Shown piece after piece: positions 9,003-23,275 of a DNA stretch of 64,000 nucleotides (positions within the stretch are counted from its first letter, which is position 1; every line of letters begins with the position of its first letter). The notes under the pieces were generated by a model. The model did no database searches. It saw only the letters and a list, made by a program, of their open reading frames with translations, and was not told the origin of the DNA. This stretch comes from Kiritimatiellia bacterium. Its GTDB lineage: Bacteria > Verrucomicrobiota > Kiritimatiellia > CAIQIC01 > Lenti-01. The stretch covers positions 49,392-113,391 of the forward strand of contig JBFXHR010000003.1 in NCBI GenBank assembly GCA_050176815.1, in the 5' to 3' direction. The position numbers and the translations under genes were made by a program.

Positions 9003-9748
9003 GCTTCCGCGGGCAGGAGGAGGACGACGAATTCGCCTTTGAGGGAATGGGTGGCGTAGTGGGCGCGGAGGTCGGCCGGGGTGCCGGAGACGGTTTCCTC
9101 GAACTTCTTGGTCAGTTCGCGGGCGACGAACAGTTTTCGTTCCGGGCCGAGTTCCTGTTCGACCTCGTCGAGGAGCTTGAGGATGCGGTGGGTGGATTCG
9201 TAGAAGACGACGGGCGCCGGGAAATCGGCGAGTTCTTTCAAGCGGCGGCGGCGGGCGGCGGTTTTGTGGTCGAGAAAGCCCTCGAACAAAAACCCGCGGC
9301 TTTCGGTTTGGCCGCAGAGGGCGACGGCGGCGGAGAGGGCGCAGGGGCCGGGGACGACGGCGACGGGCAGGCCGGCGGCGCGGACGGCGTCGGCGGCGCG
9401 GGCGCCGGGATCGGAAATGCCGGGCATGCCGGCGTCGGTGACGAGGGCGAGGGCTTCGCCGGCGCGGATGCGCGAAAGAATCTCCTCTTCGCGGGCGCGT
9501 TCGTTGAACTTGTGGCAGGAGATCATGGGGGTGCGGATGCCGTGGCGGTCGAGGAGCACGCGCGTGCGGCGCGTATCTTCGGCGAGGATATGCGTGGCGG
9601 AGCGGAGCACGCGCAGGGCGCGCAGGGTGACGTCCTCCAGGTTGCCGATGGGGGTGCCGACGAGATAGAGGCCGGGCGCGAGGGGGGGCGGAGACGAAAC
9701 CGCCCCCGGCGCGGAATCGGGCGCGGGGGCGGCGGCGGGATCCGGCAT
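8999..9748 (-). CDS. rsmI: 16S rRNA (cytidine1402-2'-O)-methyltransferase
   Basis: LYLVGTPIGNLEDVTLRALRVLRSATHILAEDTRRTRVLL...ALVTDAGMPGISDPG...VVPGPCALSAAVALCG. Only the C-terminal 250 codons of the long ORF 8999-10612 are genuine. Confidence 0.9.
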   Translation of the reverse strand: MPDPAAAPAPDSAPGAVSSPPPLAPGLYLVGTPIGNLEDVTLRALRVLRSATHILAEDTRRTRVLLDRHGIRTPMISCHKFNERAREEEILSRIRAGEALALVTDAGMPGISDPGARAADAVRAAGLPVAVVPGPCALSAAVALCGQTESRGFLFEGFLDHKTAARRRRLKELADFPAPVVFYESTHRILKLLDEVEQELGPERKLFVARELTKKFEETVSGTPADLRAHYATHSLKGEFVVLLLPAEA

Positions 9749-9758
9749 GGACGGCGGC

Positions 9759-10913
9759 TTATTCGTTGTCTTTTTCCACGAGGCGGATGGTGCGCGGCTT
9801 GGCGGCGTTCTTGAGCAGCTGGTCGGATTCGGCGAGGTGGCGCTTGAGTTCGACAAGCGTGGACTTGAATTCGTCGGTGACGGCGACGCCTTTGAGGGTG
9901 TTGTCGACCGCCTGTTGGAGCTTGAAGATCTGATCGATGCTGGCGGCGATTTCGGTGACGCGCCCGAGCTGTTCGGCGACCTTGTCCTGCGCCTGGGCGA
10001 GTTGGGCGGCGATTTCCTGCTGGGAGGAGGCCAGCTTGGCGGAGGTGTCGCCCTGGGCCTTGACCACCTGGGCGGAGGTTTCCTGCTGCGTCTTCGCGAT
10101 GAGGGCGGCGGCATCGGCCTGGGCCTTGGCGAGCTGGGCGGCCGCATCCGCCTGGGCCTTGGCGGTGAGCGCGGCCGCTTCCTGCTGGGTTTTGGCGAGG
10201 TGGTCGGCGAACGTGGCCTGGGCGGCGGCGAGGGCCGCGGTGGAATCCGAAACGGACTTGGCGACGGCCTGGGCGAAATCAAGGCCGGCGGCCGCGGGGG
10301 TGTCGTTGCCGATGCGGGCGAGGAGGTGGGATTCGATGTAGCCGGCGAAGTGGGAGGCGAGCTGGAAGCGGGCGATGGCCACGACCACGAGCAGGGCCAT
10401 GAGGCCGGTGCCGAGGGTGAGCAGGACTTGGGGGGGGATGAAGTTGGCGGTGCAGGCCAGCAGGGCCCAGACGGCGGCGGTTTCGGCCGCCAGCATGCCC
10501 AGCATGCGGTGGCTCTGGTTGCCGGCCATGGCGGCGACCTGCGGTCCGGAAGCGCCGGAGGCCCAGGCGGCCAGCAGGCGGCGGATGTGGCGGTGCAGGG
10601 GGGTGCAGCCATTCAGCGCGGCCAGCCGTTCGGCGGCGATGGCGCGGTCGGACAGGTCGAGATCGTCGGGAAGCGGATTCGACGCGAGCGCGTGCCGTTG
10701 GACCGCCCAATCGACCAGGGAGAGGACGATATAGGCCAGGCCGATCCCGGTGGCGAGCAGCGCGGCGAGAGCGGAAAGGTCCCAGCCTTGGTCGGCGTCG
10801 AGCGGAATGCCGATCAACACTCCGAAGACGATGCCCAGGGCAACGACCCCGAAAAATCCGGTGAACATGCCGTACCCGCTGCATTTAGCCTTGCGCTTTT
10901 CCATCGTCGCCAC
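9759..10913 (-). CDS. Hypothetical membrane protein: four TM helices (2+2 around a cytoplasmic loop) plus a ~190-aa Ala/Gln-rich coiled-coil tail with tandem repeats
   Basis: TM segments GMFTGFFGVVALGIVFGVLIGI, LSALAALLATGIGLAYIVLSLV, AAVWALLACTANFIP and LLTLGTGLMALLVVVAIA. The tail carries AKAQADAAAQLAKAQADAAALIAKTQQE repeats. Family unknown. Confidence 0.5.
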   Translation of the reverse strand: MATMEKRKAKCSGYGMFTGFFGVVALGIVFGVLIGIPLDADQGWDLSALAALLATGIGLAYIVLSLVDWAVQRHALASNPLPDDLDLSDRAIAAERLAALNGCTPLHRHIRRLLAAWASGASGPQVAAMAGNQSHRMLGMLAAETAAVWALLACTANFIPPQVLLTLGTGLMALLVVVAIARFQLASHFAGYIESHLLARIGNDTPAAAGLDFAQAVAKSVSDSTAALAAAQATFADHLAKTQQEAAALTAKAQADAAAQLAKAQADAAALIAKTQQETSAQVVKAQGDTSAKLASSQQEIAAQLAQAQDKVAEQLGRVTEIAASIDQIFKLQQAVDNTLKGVAVTDEFKSTLVELKRHLAESDQLLKNAAKPRTIRLVEKDNE

Positions 10914-10999
10914 CTTTCGCGTCGGTTTGACTATCGGCGAATCAGTATGGGGATTTCGCGGTGGAATGTCAAAGGCGGATGCGCTTTAATGGGCGGCAT

Positions 11000-11695
11000 A
11001 TGAATCGCGGATGGATCATGGGATTGGCGGGGCTGCTGGCCGGCGGCGCCTGCGGAGCCGGCGAGTGGGCGGACGTGCCGCGGCACGCGGCGAGGGCGGG
11101 GACGGCCGGCGGATTCGAACTGGGGCGTTTCGAGACGGCGGTGGCCGAATTCGCGGAATACCTGAACGGGGCGAAGGTCGCGGATTTTCCGGAGACGGCG
11201 CAGATCCGGCGTCGGGCGGGCGGGGGATACGCGGTCCGGCGGGGGGCGGGCCGCCAGGCGGTGTCGGAGGTGACCTGCGCCGAGGCGGAAGCCTATTGCG
11301 CCTGGCGTTCGCGGGAATCGGGACGGACGGTGCGCTTGCCGACGGAAGCGGAATGGGAAGCGGCGGCGCGGGGCGGGATCGACGGGGCGCCCTATCCGTG
11401 GGGATGGGGCGGAACGGCGGCGGAGATGGCCCGATTCGATGCGGAGGGGCCGGCGGTCCGCGTCGGAGCGTTCACGGCCAACGGATTCGGGCTGCACGAC
11501 GTGGCGGGGAATCTCTACGAGTGGTGCGCGGCGGAATCCGGGATGCGGGACGGGCCGCGCGCGGCCCGCGGCGGAAGCTGGGCCGAGCGCGATCCCGACC
11601 GGCTGAAGGTGGACCATCGGCAGCCGTTCGCGGCGGACTATCGCGGACGGGACGTGGGATTTCGGGCGTTGCGAGAGGCCGCCGGGAACCCATGA
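11000..11695 (+). CDS. Formylglycine-generating enzyme (SUMF1/FGE-sulfatase) family protein
   Basis: Signal-like N-terminus. Motifs RLPTEAEWEAAARGG...PYPWGW and GFGLHDVAGNLYEWC...RGGSW...FRA are typical of the FGE/PF03781 fold. Confidence 0.75.
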   Translation: MNRGWIMGLAGLLAGGACGAGEWADVPRHAARAGTAGGFELGRFETAVAEFAEYLNGAKVADFPETAQIRRRAGGGYAVRRGAGRQAVSEVTCAEAEAYCAWRSRESGRTVRLPTEAEWEAAARGGIDGAPYPWGWGGTAAEMARFDAEGPAVRVGAFTANGFGLHDVAGNLYEWCAAESGMRDGPRAARGGSWAERDPDRLKVDHRQPFAADYRGRDVGFRALREAAGNP

Positions 11696-12597
11696 AGCAC
11701 AAACCGGCACACGTGGCGGAATATGCGGCGGCGCGGGCGGCGTGCGGATTGCTGGCGGCGCTGCCGCACCGGGCGGCGCTGGCGCTGGCGTGGGGGCCGG
11801 TCCGTCTGGCGTGGGCGTTGAACGGAAAGCTGCGGGCGAAGACGAAGCGCCGCCTGCGGCAGGCGCTGGGGCCGGAGAAGTCCGACCGGGAGCTGGAACG
11901 CATCGGGTGGTTGGCGTTCCGCAATCTGGCGTTCACGGCGGTGGAGGGCATGCGGCTGCCGGGGATCGGCCGGGAGTGGGTGGACCGGCACATGGATCTG
12001 GGGGAGGTGGACAAGGTCCACGAGGAGCTGGGGAAGGGGCGGGGATTCATCGTGGCGGTTCCGCACATGGGCAACTGGGAACTGGCGGGGATCGCGCTGC
12101 AATCGCAGGGCGTGAACCTGATGACGCTGGTGCGGCGGCAAAAGAATCCGTTGATGGACGCGTGGATCAACCGGGTGCGCATGGGCACGGGGGCGGAGGC
12201 GATCGACACGCGGAGCCGCGAGGTGGCCCGGGTGCCGCAGAAGCTGAACGAGGGCAACAAGGTGCTGGCGATCCTGCCGGACGTGCGGGCGAAGGCGGGC
12301 GGCGTGAGGGTGCGCTATCTGGGCGTGGAGACGGAGGTGCCCGCCGGCGTGGCGCATTACGCGCACGAGGCGGACGTGCCGGTCTATACGGGGGAAGTGG
12401 TGCGGACGGGCTGGGCGCGGCACGGCTGGCGCATGACGGGGCGCGTCGCGCCGGACCGGGGGCTGCCGCCGGCCGAGGACCGGCGGCGGATCCTGCAGTA
12501 CGTGATGGATCGGTTCGGCGAATCCGTTCGGGCGCATCCGGAGAACTATTTCTGGTTCAACAAGCGCTGGGTGCTGGGCGAGGAGGCGAAGACATGA
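11692..12597 (+). CDS. Lysophospholipid/lipid A acyltransferase (LpxL/HtrB-like lauroyl acyltransferase family)
   Basis: FRNLAFTAVEGMRL...FIVAVPHMGNWELAG...MTLVRRQKNPLMDAWINRVR...ILPD, with the HxxxxD-type motif PHMGNWE. ATGA overlap with the upstream gene. Confidence 0.7.
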   Translation: MKHKPAHVAEYAAARAACGLLAALPHRAALALAWGPVRLAWALNGKLRAKTKRRLRQALGPEKSDRELERIGWLAFRNLAFTAVEGMRLPGIGREWVDRHMDLGEVDKVHEELGKGRGFIVAVPHMGNWELAGIALQSQGVNLMTLVRRQKNPLMDAWINRVRMGTGAEAIDTRSREVARVPQKLNEGNKVLAILPDVRAKAGGVRVRYLGVETEVPAGVAHYAHEADVPVYTGEVVRTGWARHGWRMTGRVAPDRGLPPAEDRRRILQYVMDRFGESVRAHPENYFWFNKRWVLGEEAKT

Positions 12598-13094
12598 GCG
12601 GCGCGCCTCCCGGAATGGCGGTGCACGAGGCGCGGATGCGCCTGGCGCTGCGGCAGGCGCGGCGGGCGGCGGAAGCGGGGGAGGTGCCCGTGGGCGCGGT
12701 GGTTTTCAACGGCGGAACCCTCGCGGGACAGGCCTGGAACCAGACGCGGACGCTGAAAGACCCGACGGCGCACGCGGAGATGATCGCGATCACGCAGGCG
12801 GCGAGCGCGGCCGGCGACTGGCGGTTGACGGACAGCATCCTGTACGTGACGAAGGAGCCGTGCCCGATGTGCGCGGGGGCGATCGTGCTGGCGCGGATTC
12901 CGCTGGTGGTGTGGGGCCTGAGCGATCCGCTGCGGGGCGGGGCGGTCTCGCGGTTCAACATTTTGCGGTCGGCCGAGCTGAATCACCGTTCCGAGGTGCT
13001 TTCGGGGGTTCTGGAAGAGGAATGCGCGGCCTTGATCAAGGATTTCTTCAAAAACCGGCGTCTCGAGAACAAAAAAGACGACGATTTTGACTGA
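12594..13094 (+). CDS. tadA: tRNA adenosine(34) deaminase
   Basis: EVPVGAVVF...HAEMIAI...TKEPCPMCAGAIVLARIPLVVWG (CDA zinc motif H-A-E / PCxxC). ATGA overlap with the acyltransferase gene. Confidence 0.9.
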   Translation: MSGAPPGMAVHEARMRLALRQARRAAEAGEVPVGAVVFNGGTLAGQAWNQTRTLKDPTAHAEMIAITQAASAAGDWRLTDSILYVTKEPCPMCAGAIVLARIPLVVWGLSDPLRGGAVSRFNILRSAELNHRSEVLSGVLEEECAALIKDFFKNRRLENKKDDDFD

Positions 13095-13377
13095 TTTTTG
13101 CCGTTTTGTGTCAAAATTTGCTCTCGGAATGCCTTTTTTTTGCAAAAATTGTCCAAAATCAGCCTAATATTTGCAAAAAAAGCCCGAATTTTCTTAAAAA
13201 CGACCCTTTTTGGCTTGAGCGGCGACGTTCCGGCGGGTAGGTCGCGGCGCGGCGGGGACGGGGGGGAGGCTCCGTTTTCATAACCGTTTTACTTGTCCGC
13301 GAATATTTCGGTTCGAAATGCGGTTTTGATTGTATCGACGGGGGATTTCAGATACTTTCTCCATATTAATTGTATAG

Positions 13378-15843
<2,466 letters not shown>

Positions 15844-15853
15844 CGAGCCGGCC

Positions 15854-16101
15854 ATGGAAGCCAGCCCAGAAGTTTTTCCGGGAGACCCTGTGACCTTCGC
15901 GAAACCCAATCTCGATTTGCATTTCGCGCGCGAAAGCGCGCCGCCGCCGCCGCCCGAATTGGGGCCGGACGGCTACACCCGGTTGATTGCGGCGGCGTGG
16001 CAGTTCCGGACCGAAGATCAGCGGCAGCGCTATTTGAACGATGAACGGAACCGGCCGGTGCCGGCGTGGTTCCAGCTGGATGGACAGAGCAAAGGCAAAC
16101 G

Positions 16102-16105
<4 letters not shown>
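15854..16105 (+). CDS. Small hypothetical protein (83 aa) filling the gyrB-gyrA gap
   Basis: This ORF occupies the entire intergenic gap. Its stop overlaps the gyrA ATG (ATGA). No recognisable motif and no Cys residues. Confidence 0.35.
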
Positions 16106-18680
<2,575 letters not shown>

Positions 18681-18684
<4 letters not shown>

Positions 18685-19433
18685 GAAGAATCGCTTGTTG
18701 GACGATGGCGTGGATGCTGGCGGGGCCGGCGGCTTTTGCGAAGCAGAACGCGGCGGAAGACCGCAGCGTGGATCCGGCCCTGGTGACGTGGAGCGATCCC
18801 TCCCGGTGGGAGGCGGGGGGGGCGTACGTCCACGTGTCGCGGCCCGTCGTGCTGTCGGGCGTCGAACGGGATTTCCGCGGCGACGTCGTCGACGCGGCCA
18901 TCGGGGTCTCTCCGTTGCCGTGGCTGTTGCTCTACGGCCAGGCCGGCGGATCCCGGATGCGGCTGGAAGGCCCCATGCGCGAGGAGGCGTCCTGGGGGGC
19001 GGGCGGCTTGCTGGGCGCGCGCGTGAATCTGTGGCAGCTGCACGAGGGCGAGTCGGTCACCGCCTGGCGCGTCACCCTGCAGCTGGCCGGGCAGTATGCC
19101 TATCGCACGGCCGAAGACGACGGCGACGGCGAAATCCAGTGGGGCGACGCCATGGTCATGCTGCCGCTGGACTACCACCTGTGGTTCCGCCGGAACTTCC
19201 GCAACGCCTACATGTCGGACGTCCAGAGCGTCGACGTCTACGCGGGCCCGGCGTTTTCCAAACTGGACGGAACCTGGACGCGCCGGGGCGTGGAACAGGA
19301 TTTCGAAGAGCTGGAGTCGTTCGGCGCGGTTGTCGGCGCGGAGTTGTGGCTGTTGGAGAATCTCGCCTTTGGCGCCCGCGCCGATTGGTTCGAGGGCACC
19401 TCGGGGCAATTGACGGTCCGCTATCGGTTTTAA
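18681..19433 (+). CDS. Outer-membrane beta-barrel protein (OmpA-like/porin family), signal peptide
   Basis: Signal peptide WMLAGPAAFA. Alternating hydrophobic beta-strand pattern ending in the aromatic C-terminal residues ...TVRYRF. GTG start overlapping the gyrA stop. Confidence 0.55.
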
Positions 19434-19458
19434 GACGGATCCGGGAAGGACATTCCGC

Positions 19459-20346
19459 ATGAACGCCCGCCTGTTGGACGGAAAAAGCCTTGCCGCCGGC
19501 CTGCGCGCGGAAATCGCCGCCGCCGTGGCGGGAATGAAGGCGTCGACGGGCCGCGTGCCGGGACTGGCCGTGGTGCTGGTGGGCGACGATCCCGCCTCGC
19601 GTTCGTACGTGACGGGCAAGGAGAAGGCCTGCGCGGCGGCGGGAATCCATTCCCGGGAAATCGGACTGCCGGCTTCCGCGGGCCGGGAAGAGATCCTGGC
19701 GGCGGTGCGGGCGCTGAACGCCGACGAGGCCATCGACGGCATTCTGGTGCAGTTGCCGCTGCCCGACTCCTCCATCGAGCGGGAAATCCTCGAGGCCATC
19801 GATCCGGCCAAGGACGTGGACGGATTCCACCCGGCGAACGTCGGGCGCCTGGTGCTGGGGCTGCCGACCTTCGTGCCCTGCACGCCGGCGGGCGTGCTGG
19901 AAATGCTGCGGCGTTCGGGCGTGGAATTGTCCGGCGCCTCCGTCGCCGTGGTCGGCCGCAGCCCGATCGTGGGCCGCCCCCTTTCGATCCTGCTGTCCCA
20001 GAAAGGGGTGGACGCGACGGTGACGCTGTGCCACACGCGGACGAAGGATATTGCGCGCTTCACGCGCGAGGCGGACGTGGTGGTGGTGGCGGCCGGCCGG
20101 CCGCACACCTTGACGGCGGACATGGTGAAGTCCGGCGCGGTGGTGATCGACGTGGGCGTGAACCGCGTGCCGGACGCGTCCAAGGCGTCGGGCCATCGCC
20201 TCGTGGGCGACGTGGATTTCGACGCGGTGGCGGCCAAGGCCTCGGCGATCACGCCGGTGCCGGGGGGGGTGGGGCCGATGACGATCGCCATGCTGCTGAA
20301 GAACACGCTGGACGCCGCCCGGCGCCGGACGGGCGCCGGCGCCTGA
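19459..20346 (+). CDS. folD: Bifunctional methylenetetrahydrofolate dehydrogenase/cyclohydrolase
   Basis: LLDGKSLA, VVLVGDDPASRSYV..KEKAC, ILVQLPLP, GFHPANVGRL, CTPAGV, VVGRSPIVGRP, PVPGGVGPMTIAML. Confidence 0.95.
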   Translation: MNARLLDGKSLAAGLRAEIAAAVAGMKASTGRVPGLAVVLVGDDPASRSYVTGKEKACAAAGIHSREIGLPASAGREEILAAVRALNADEAIDGILVQLPLPDSSIEREILEAIDPAKDVDGFHPANVGRLVLGLPTFVPCTPAGVLEMLRRSGVELSGASVAVVGRSPIVGRPLSILLSQKGVDATVTLCHTRTKDIARFTREADVVVVAAGRPHTLTADMVKSGAVVIDVGVNRVPDASKASGHRLVGDVDFDAVAAKASAITPVPGGVGPMTIAMLLKNTLDAARRRTGAGA

Positions 20347-20355
20347 TCCGCGTTC

Positions 20356-20379
20356 CACCGCCCCGGGCGGCGCTTTTTC
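20356..20379 (+). terminator. GC-rich hairpin (CCGCCCCGGGCGGCG) followed by CTTTTT; probable rho-independent terminator of folD
   Basis: Read directly, 10 nt after the folD stop. Confidence 0.5.
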
Positions 20380-20430
20380 GCTTGCCGGGCGGGGCGGCGC
20401 CTCGTAGTGTCCGCAAGGTTGATTCCGGTC

Positions 20431-20507
20431 GTGCCTGTAGCTCAATTGGACAGAGCGTTAGCCTCCGGAGCTAAAGGTTGTGGGTTCGATCCCCGCCAGG
20501 CACACCA
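20431..20507 (+). tRNA. tRNA-Arg (anticodon CCG), CCA encoded
   Basis: Manual cloverleaf fold. 7-bp acceptor stem GTGCCTG/CAGGCAC. D stem GCTC/GAGC. Anticodon stem TTAGC/GCTAA with loop CTCCGGA. T arm GTGGG-TTCGATC-CCCGC. Discriminator A followed by CCA. Confidence 0.9.
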
Positions 20508-20549
20508 TTCCAAAACCCCGGTTCTCCGGGGCTCTCCGCCAAACGCGGG

Positions 20550-21257
20550 CTAGTCTTCGAACGTCGAGCCGAAGTGGGAGAGGAAGAACTGTTTTTCACC
20601 GGTCCACCACCCGTTTTCCGGCTTGGAGAGCATGGGACGCATGCAGGTGGCCATCTGGAGGGTGACCAGGATCAAGATGAGAAACCACAGTTTGATGCCG
20701 GCCTGGCGCTGAAAGAGGGGATGGACGCCTAGTTTGTCGACGTAGCGACCGGCGAAGCCGATGGCAACGAGCCAGATCAGGAAGGCGAGCATCGTCACGA
20801 AGGAAACGCTGTTCGTCGAGACGGCGAAAAGCCAGGCGACGGGCGCAAGTCCGACGAGGATGAGGCCGGCCATGGCCAGGCAGGAGCATCCCAGCACGAA
20901 GGTTTGCGCGAGGGAGAGGGGCGAACCGGCTACGCAGGTGAAAACATAAAGGCTGGGGAAACAGAGCAGGAGCGAGCCGAGCGCCACCAGCGGAATTTTG
21001 ACCATATCCATGGCGGCGACGGGCCAGCCGCCAAACAGTCCTACGGCCAGGCCGAAGACGACGTGGCAGGCGACGGCCACCAACAGCAGCGTCAGCGATG
21101 AGCGCAGAAGATTTTTCTGTCCGGCGATGGTTTCGGAGATCCGCCTCGGATTCTTGAGCAGCGTGGACGCGACGTTGTGGGTCTCGACCGGCGCAAGGCC
21201 CGGCGGGACGGGCGGGGGTGCGATTCCGGGCTGGACGTTGTTGGGGGGGGGATTCAT
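20550..21257 (-). CDS. Yip1-like multi-pass membrane protein with Pro-rich N-terminus (paralog 1)
   Basis: Proline-rich N-terminus (PPPNNVQPGIAPPPVPPGLAP) followed by five hydrophobic helices. Family assignment is tentative. Confidence 0.4.
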   Translation of the reverse strand: MNPPPNNVQPGIAPPPVPPGLAPVETHNVASTLLKNPRRISETIAGQKNLLRSSLTLLLVAVACHVVFGLAVGLFGGWPVAAMDMVKIPLVALGSLLLCFPSLYVFTCVAGSPLSLAQTFVLGCSCLAMAGLILVGLAPVAWLFAVSTNSVSFVTMLAFLIWLVAIGFAGRYVDKLGVHPLFQRQAGIKLWFLILILVTLQMATCMRPMLSKPENGWWTGEKQFFLSHFGSTFED

Positions 21258-21267
21258 GGCGGTTCTC

Positions 21268-21975
21268 CTATTTTCCTCCCGTCCACAGGAACGGGAGCAC
21301 TTCGGTGAAGACGAACTCGTAGAAATTGCGGTCGAGGGCGTCGGGGCGCAGGAAGACGACGGGGAAGAAGGGACTGCCAATGAAAGGGCGGAGGATCCAG
21401 GACGTCTGGCAACCGACAAAAGCGAACGCGGCGAGCCATGCGCAGAAAAGGCCCGCGATCGGACATCGGGGTCTTGCCGCGCGCCGCAATCCTTGGAGCA
21501 AGGCGACGTGGCCGCCGATGCCGGCGAGGGCAAGGATGAAGACGTGGGTCATCAGGATCGTGTTGTGGGCGTATTGCAGCTCGGAAGGCGTGCCAGAACA
21601 GGAAACGCCGGAGAGCAGGAAAAAGAGCGAGACGGGCACAAGGCCAAGCAGGATCCAGCACCCGATCGTCATGGAAGCGAAGACCGCGAAGACCGTCGCT
21701 TTGAAGGACAGCCCGGAGCCCAGGATGCTGGCGATCATCCAATTGAAAACCGCGACGAAAGCCGTGGTGCCGAGGAAGAGCGCGGGCAGTTTGACGGCCA
21801 CGTAGAGGGAGAGCCGGGGGGATCTCCACCCGGCGAGGACGGCCCCGTACAGGGCGCAGGCAAAACAGACAAAAACGGCAAGACCCCGCAGTTCGCGCCA
21901 GCGCAGCCCCGGCAAGCGCACCCGATTCCAGAATTCATCGCGGTCGGTCAGCAAGATGAAGGGCAGGGAATTCAT
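21268..21975 (-). CDS. Yip1-like multi-pass membrane protein (paralog 2)
   Basis: Alignable by eye to the downstream paralog (VKLPALFLGT...GSGLSFKATVF...ILLGLVPV versus VKIPLVALGS...GSPLSLAQTF...ILVGLAPV). Start taken as MNSLPF. Confidence 0.4.
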   Translation of the reverse strand: MNSLPFILLTDRDEFWNRVRLPGLRWRELRGLAVFVCFACALYGAVLAGWRSPRLSLYVAVKLPALFLGTTAFVAVFNWMIASILGSGLSFKATVFAVFASMTIGCWILLGLVPVSLFFLLSGVSCSGTPSELQYAHNTILMTHVFILALAGIGGHVALLQGLRRAARPRCPIAGLFCAWLAAFAFVGCQTSWILRPFIGSPFFPVVFLRPDALDRNFYEFVFTEVLPFLWTGGK

Positions 21976-22192
21976 GCGTAAAACATTCGGGGCATGCGTT
22001 CGTTCTGATGGCCGGAGTCTAGCCGCGGGACTCCGACGAGTCAAGGGGTTGGCCTGCGGGCTACAACATGAATCAACGCCGTGGAATAGGGGAGGGCTGG
22101 GCGCGAGCGGCGATTGGAGCGGCGTGGGCCGGGGCCCAAAAATCGCGCCGCGGAGAACCGCGGCGCGCGGGGCATCCAGGAGGAGCGGCGGG

Positions 22193-23275
22193 TTAGCCGT
22201 TCTTGGCCTGGAAGTCGGCCATGAAGGCGACGAGGGCGTCGACGGCTTGGACGGGGCAGGCGTTGTAGATGCTGGCGCGGCAGCCGCCGACGTCGCGGTG
22301 GCCCTTCAGTCCGATCATCTTCAGCGCGGTGGCTTCCTTGATGAACTTCGCTTCGAGGTCTTCGCTGGGCAGGCGCCAGGTGACGTTCATGGTGGAGCGG
22401 AAGGCCTTGGCCGCGCCGCCGCGGTAGTAGCCGCCGGAGTGGTCGATCGCGGCGTAGATTTTGGCGGCCTTGGCCTGGTTGATCTTTTCCATCCCGGCGG
22501 CGCCGCCCTGGGCGAGGAGCCAGCGGGTGACGAGCATCAGGATGTAGATGCCGAAGGTGGGCGGGGTGTTGTAGAGGGAGTTGTTCTTCGCGTGGGTGCG
22601 GTACTGCAGCATGGCCGCCATGGATTCCGGCGCGCGTTCGACCAGGTCCTTGCGGACGACGACGAGGGTCAGGCCGGAGGGGCCGAGGTTCTTCTGCGCG
22701 CCGGCGTAGATTAGGCCGAACTGCCGGATGTCGATCGGGCGGCAGAGGATGTCGCTGGACATGTCGGCGACGAGCGGGGCCTCGGTCTTCGGGAACTGCT
22801 GCATTTGCGTGCCGGCGATGGTTTCGTTGGAGGTCACGTGGACGTAGGCGGCGCCTTGGGTGTAGTTCAGCGCGGCGTAGTCGGGCATGTTGGTGGGAAC
22901 GTCCTTGGAGGTGTCGGCGACGACGTTGACGGCGCCGACCTTCTTGGCTTCCTTGATGGCCTTGGAGGCCCAGGCGCCGGAATTGACGTAGTCGGCGGTC
23001 TGGCCCGCGCCGAGGAGGTTCATGGGAACCATGGAAAACTGGAGGCTGGCGCCGCCCTGGAGGAAGAGGACCTGGTAGTCGTCGGTCAGGCCGAGGAGCT
23101 TGCCGACGTTGGCGATGGCTTCGGCGTGGACGGCGTCGTAGGCTTTGCCGCGGTGGCTGTGTTCCATGATGGACATGCCGGTGCCGTTGAAGTCGGTGAG
23201 TTCCTTTTGGGCGATCTCGAGGACTTCGAGAGGGAGGACGGCGGGGCCGGCGTTGAAGTTGTAGGCTCTGCTCAT
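22193..23275 (-). CDS. serC: Phosphoserine aminotransferase
   Basis: MSRAYNFNAGPAVLP..., MSIMEHSHRGK, FLQGGASLQF, PLVADMSSD, GAQKNLGPSG (PLP-lysine region). Confidence 0.93.
   Translation of the reverse strand: MSRAYNFNAGPAVLPLEVLEIAQKELTDFNGTGMSIMEHSHRGKAYDAVHAEAIANVGKLLGLTDDYQVLFLQGGASLQFSMVPMNLLGAGQTADYVNSGAWASKAIKEAKKVGAVNVVADTSKDVPTNMPDYAALNYTQGAAYVHVTSNETIAGTQMQQFPKTEAPLVADMSSDILCRPIDIRQFGLIYAGAQKNLGPSGLTLVVVRKDLVERAPESMAAMLQYRTHAKNNSLYNTPPTFGIYILMLVTRWLLAQGGAAGMEKINQAKAAKIYAAIDHSGGYYRGGAAKAFRSTMNVTWRLPSEDLEAKFIKEATALKMIGLKGHRDVGGCRASIYNACPVQAVDALVAFMADFQAKNG

Noticed and set aside
8999-10612. 537-aa ORF with a Pro/Ser/Thr-rich N-terminal 290 aa
   Set aside because: Only the C-terminal 250 codons (from MPDPAA at 9748) carry RsmI motifs. 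The upstream portion is antisense to the well-supported membrane/coiled-coil gene 9759-10913.
9759-10913. ZorA-like (Zorya) stator protein
   Set aside because: No ZorB/MotB-like peptidoglycan-binding partner is adjacent; neighbours are rsmI and an FGE-family gene. The helix bearing LGTG is not at the canonical TM3 position. The tail is far shorter than ZorA tails. Kept only as a low-interest note.
20431-21975. tRNA-Arg as an integration site for a genomic island
   Set aside because: No integrase, no direct repeat of the tRNA 3' end and no compositional shift are visible downstream. The adjacent Yip1-like genes have the same high-GC character as the rest of the window.
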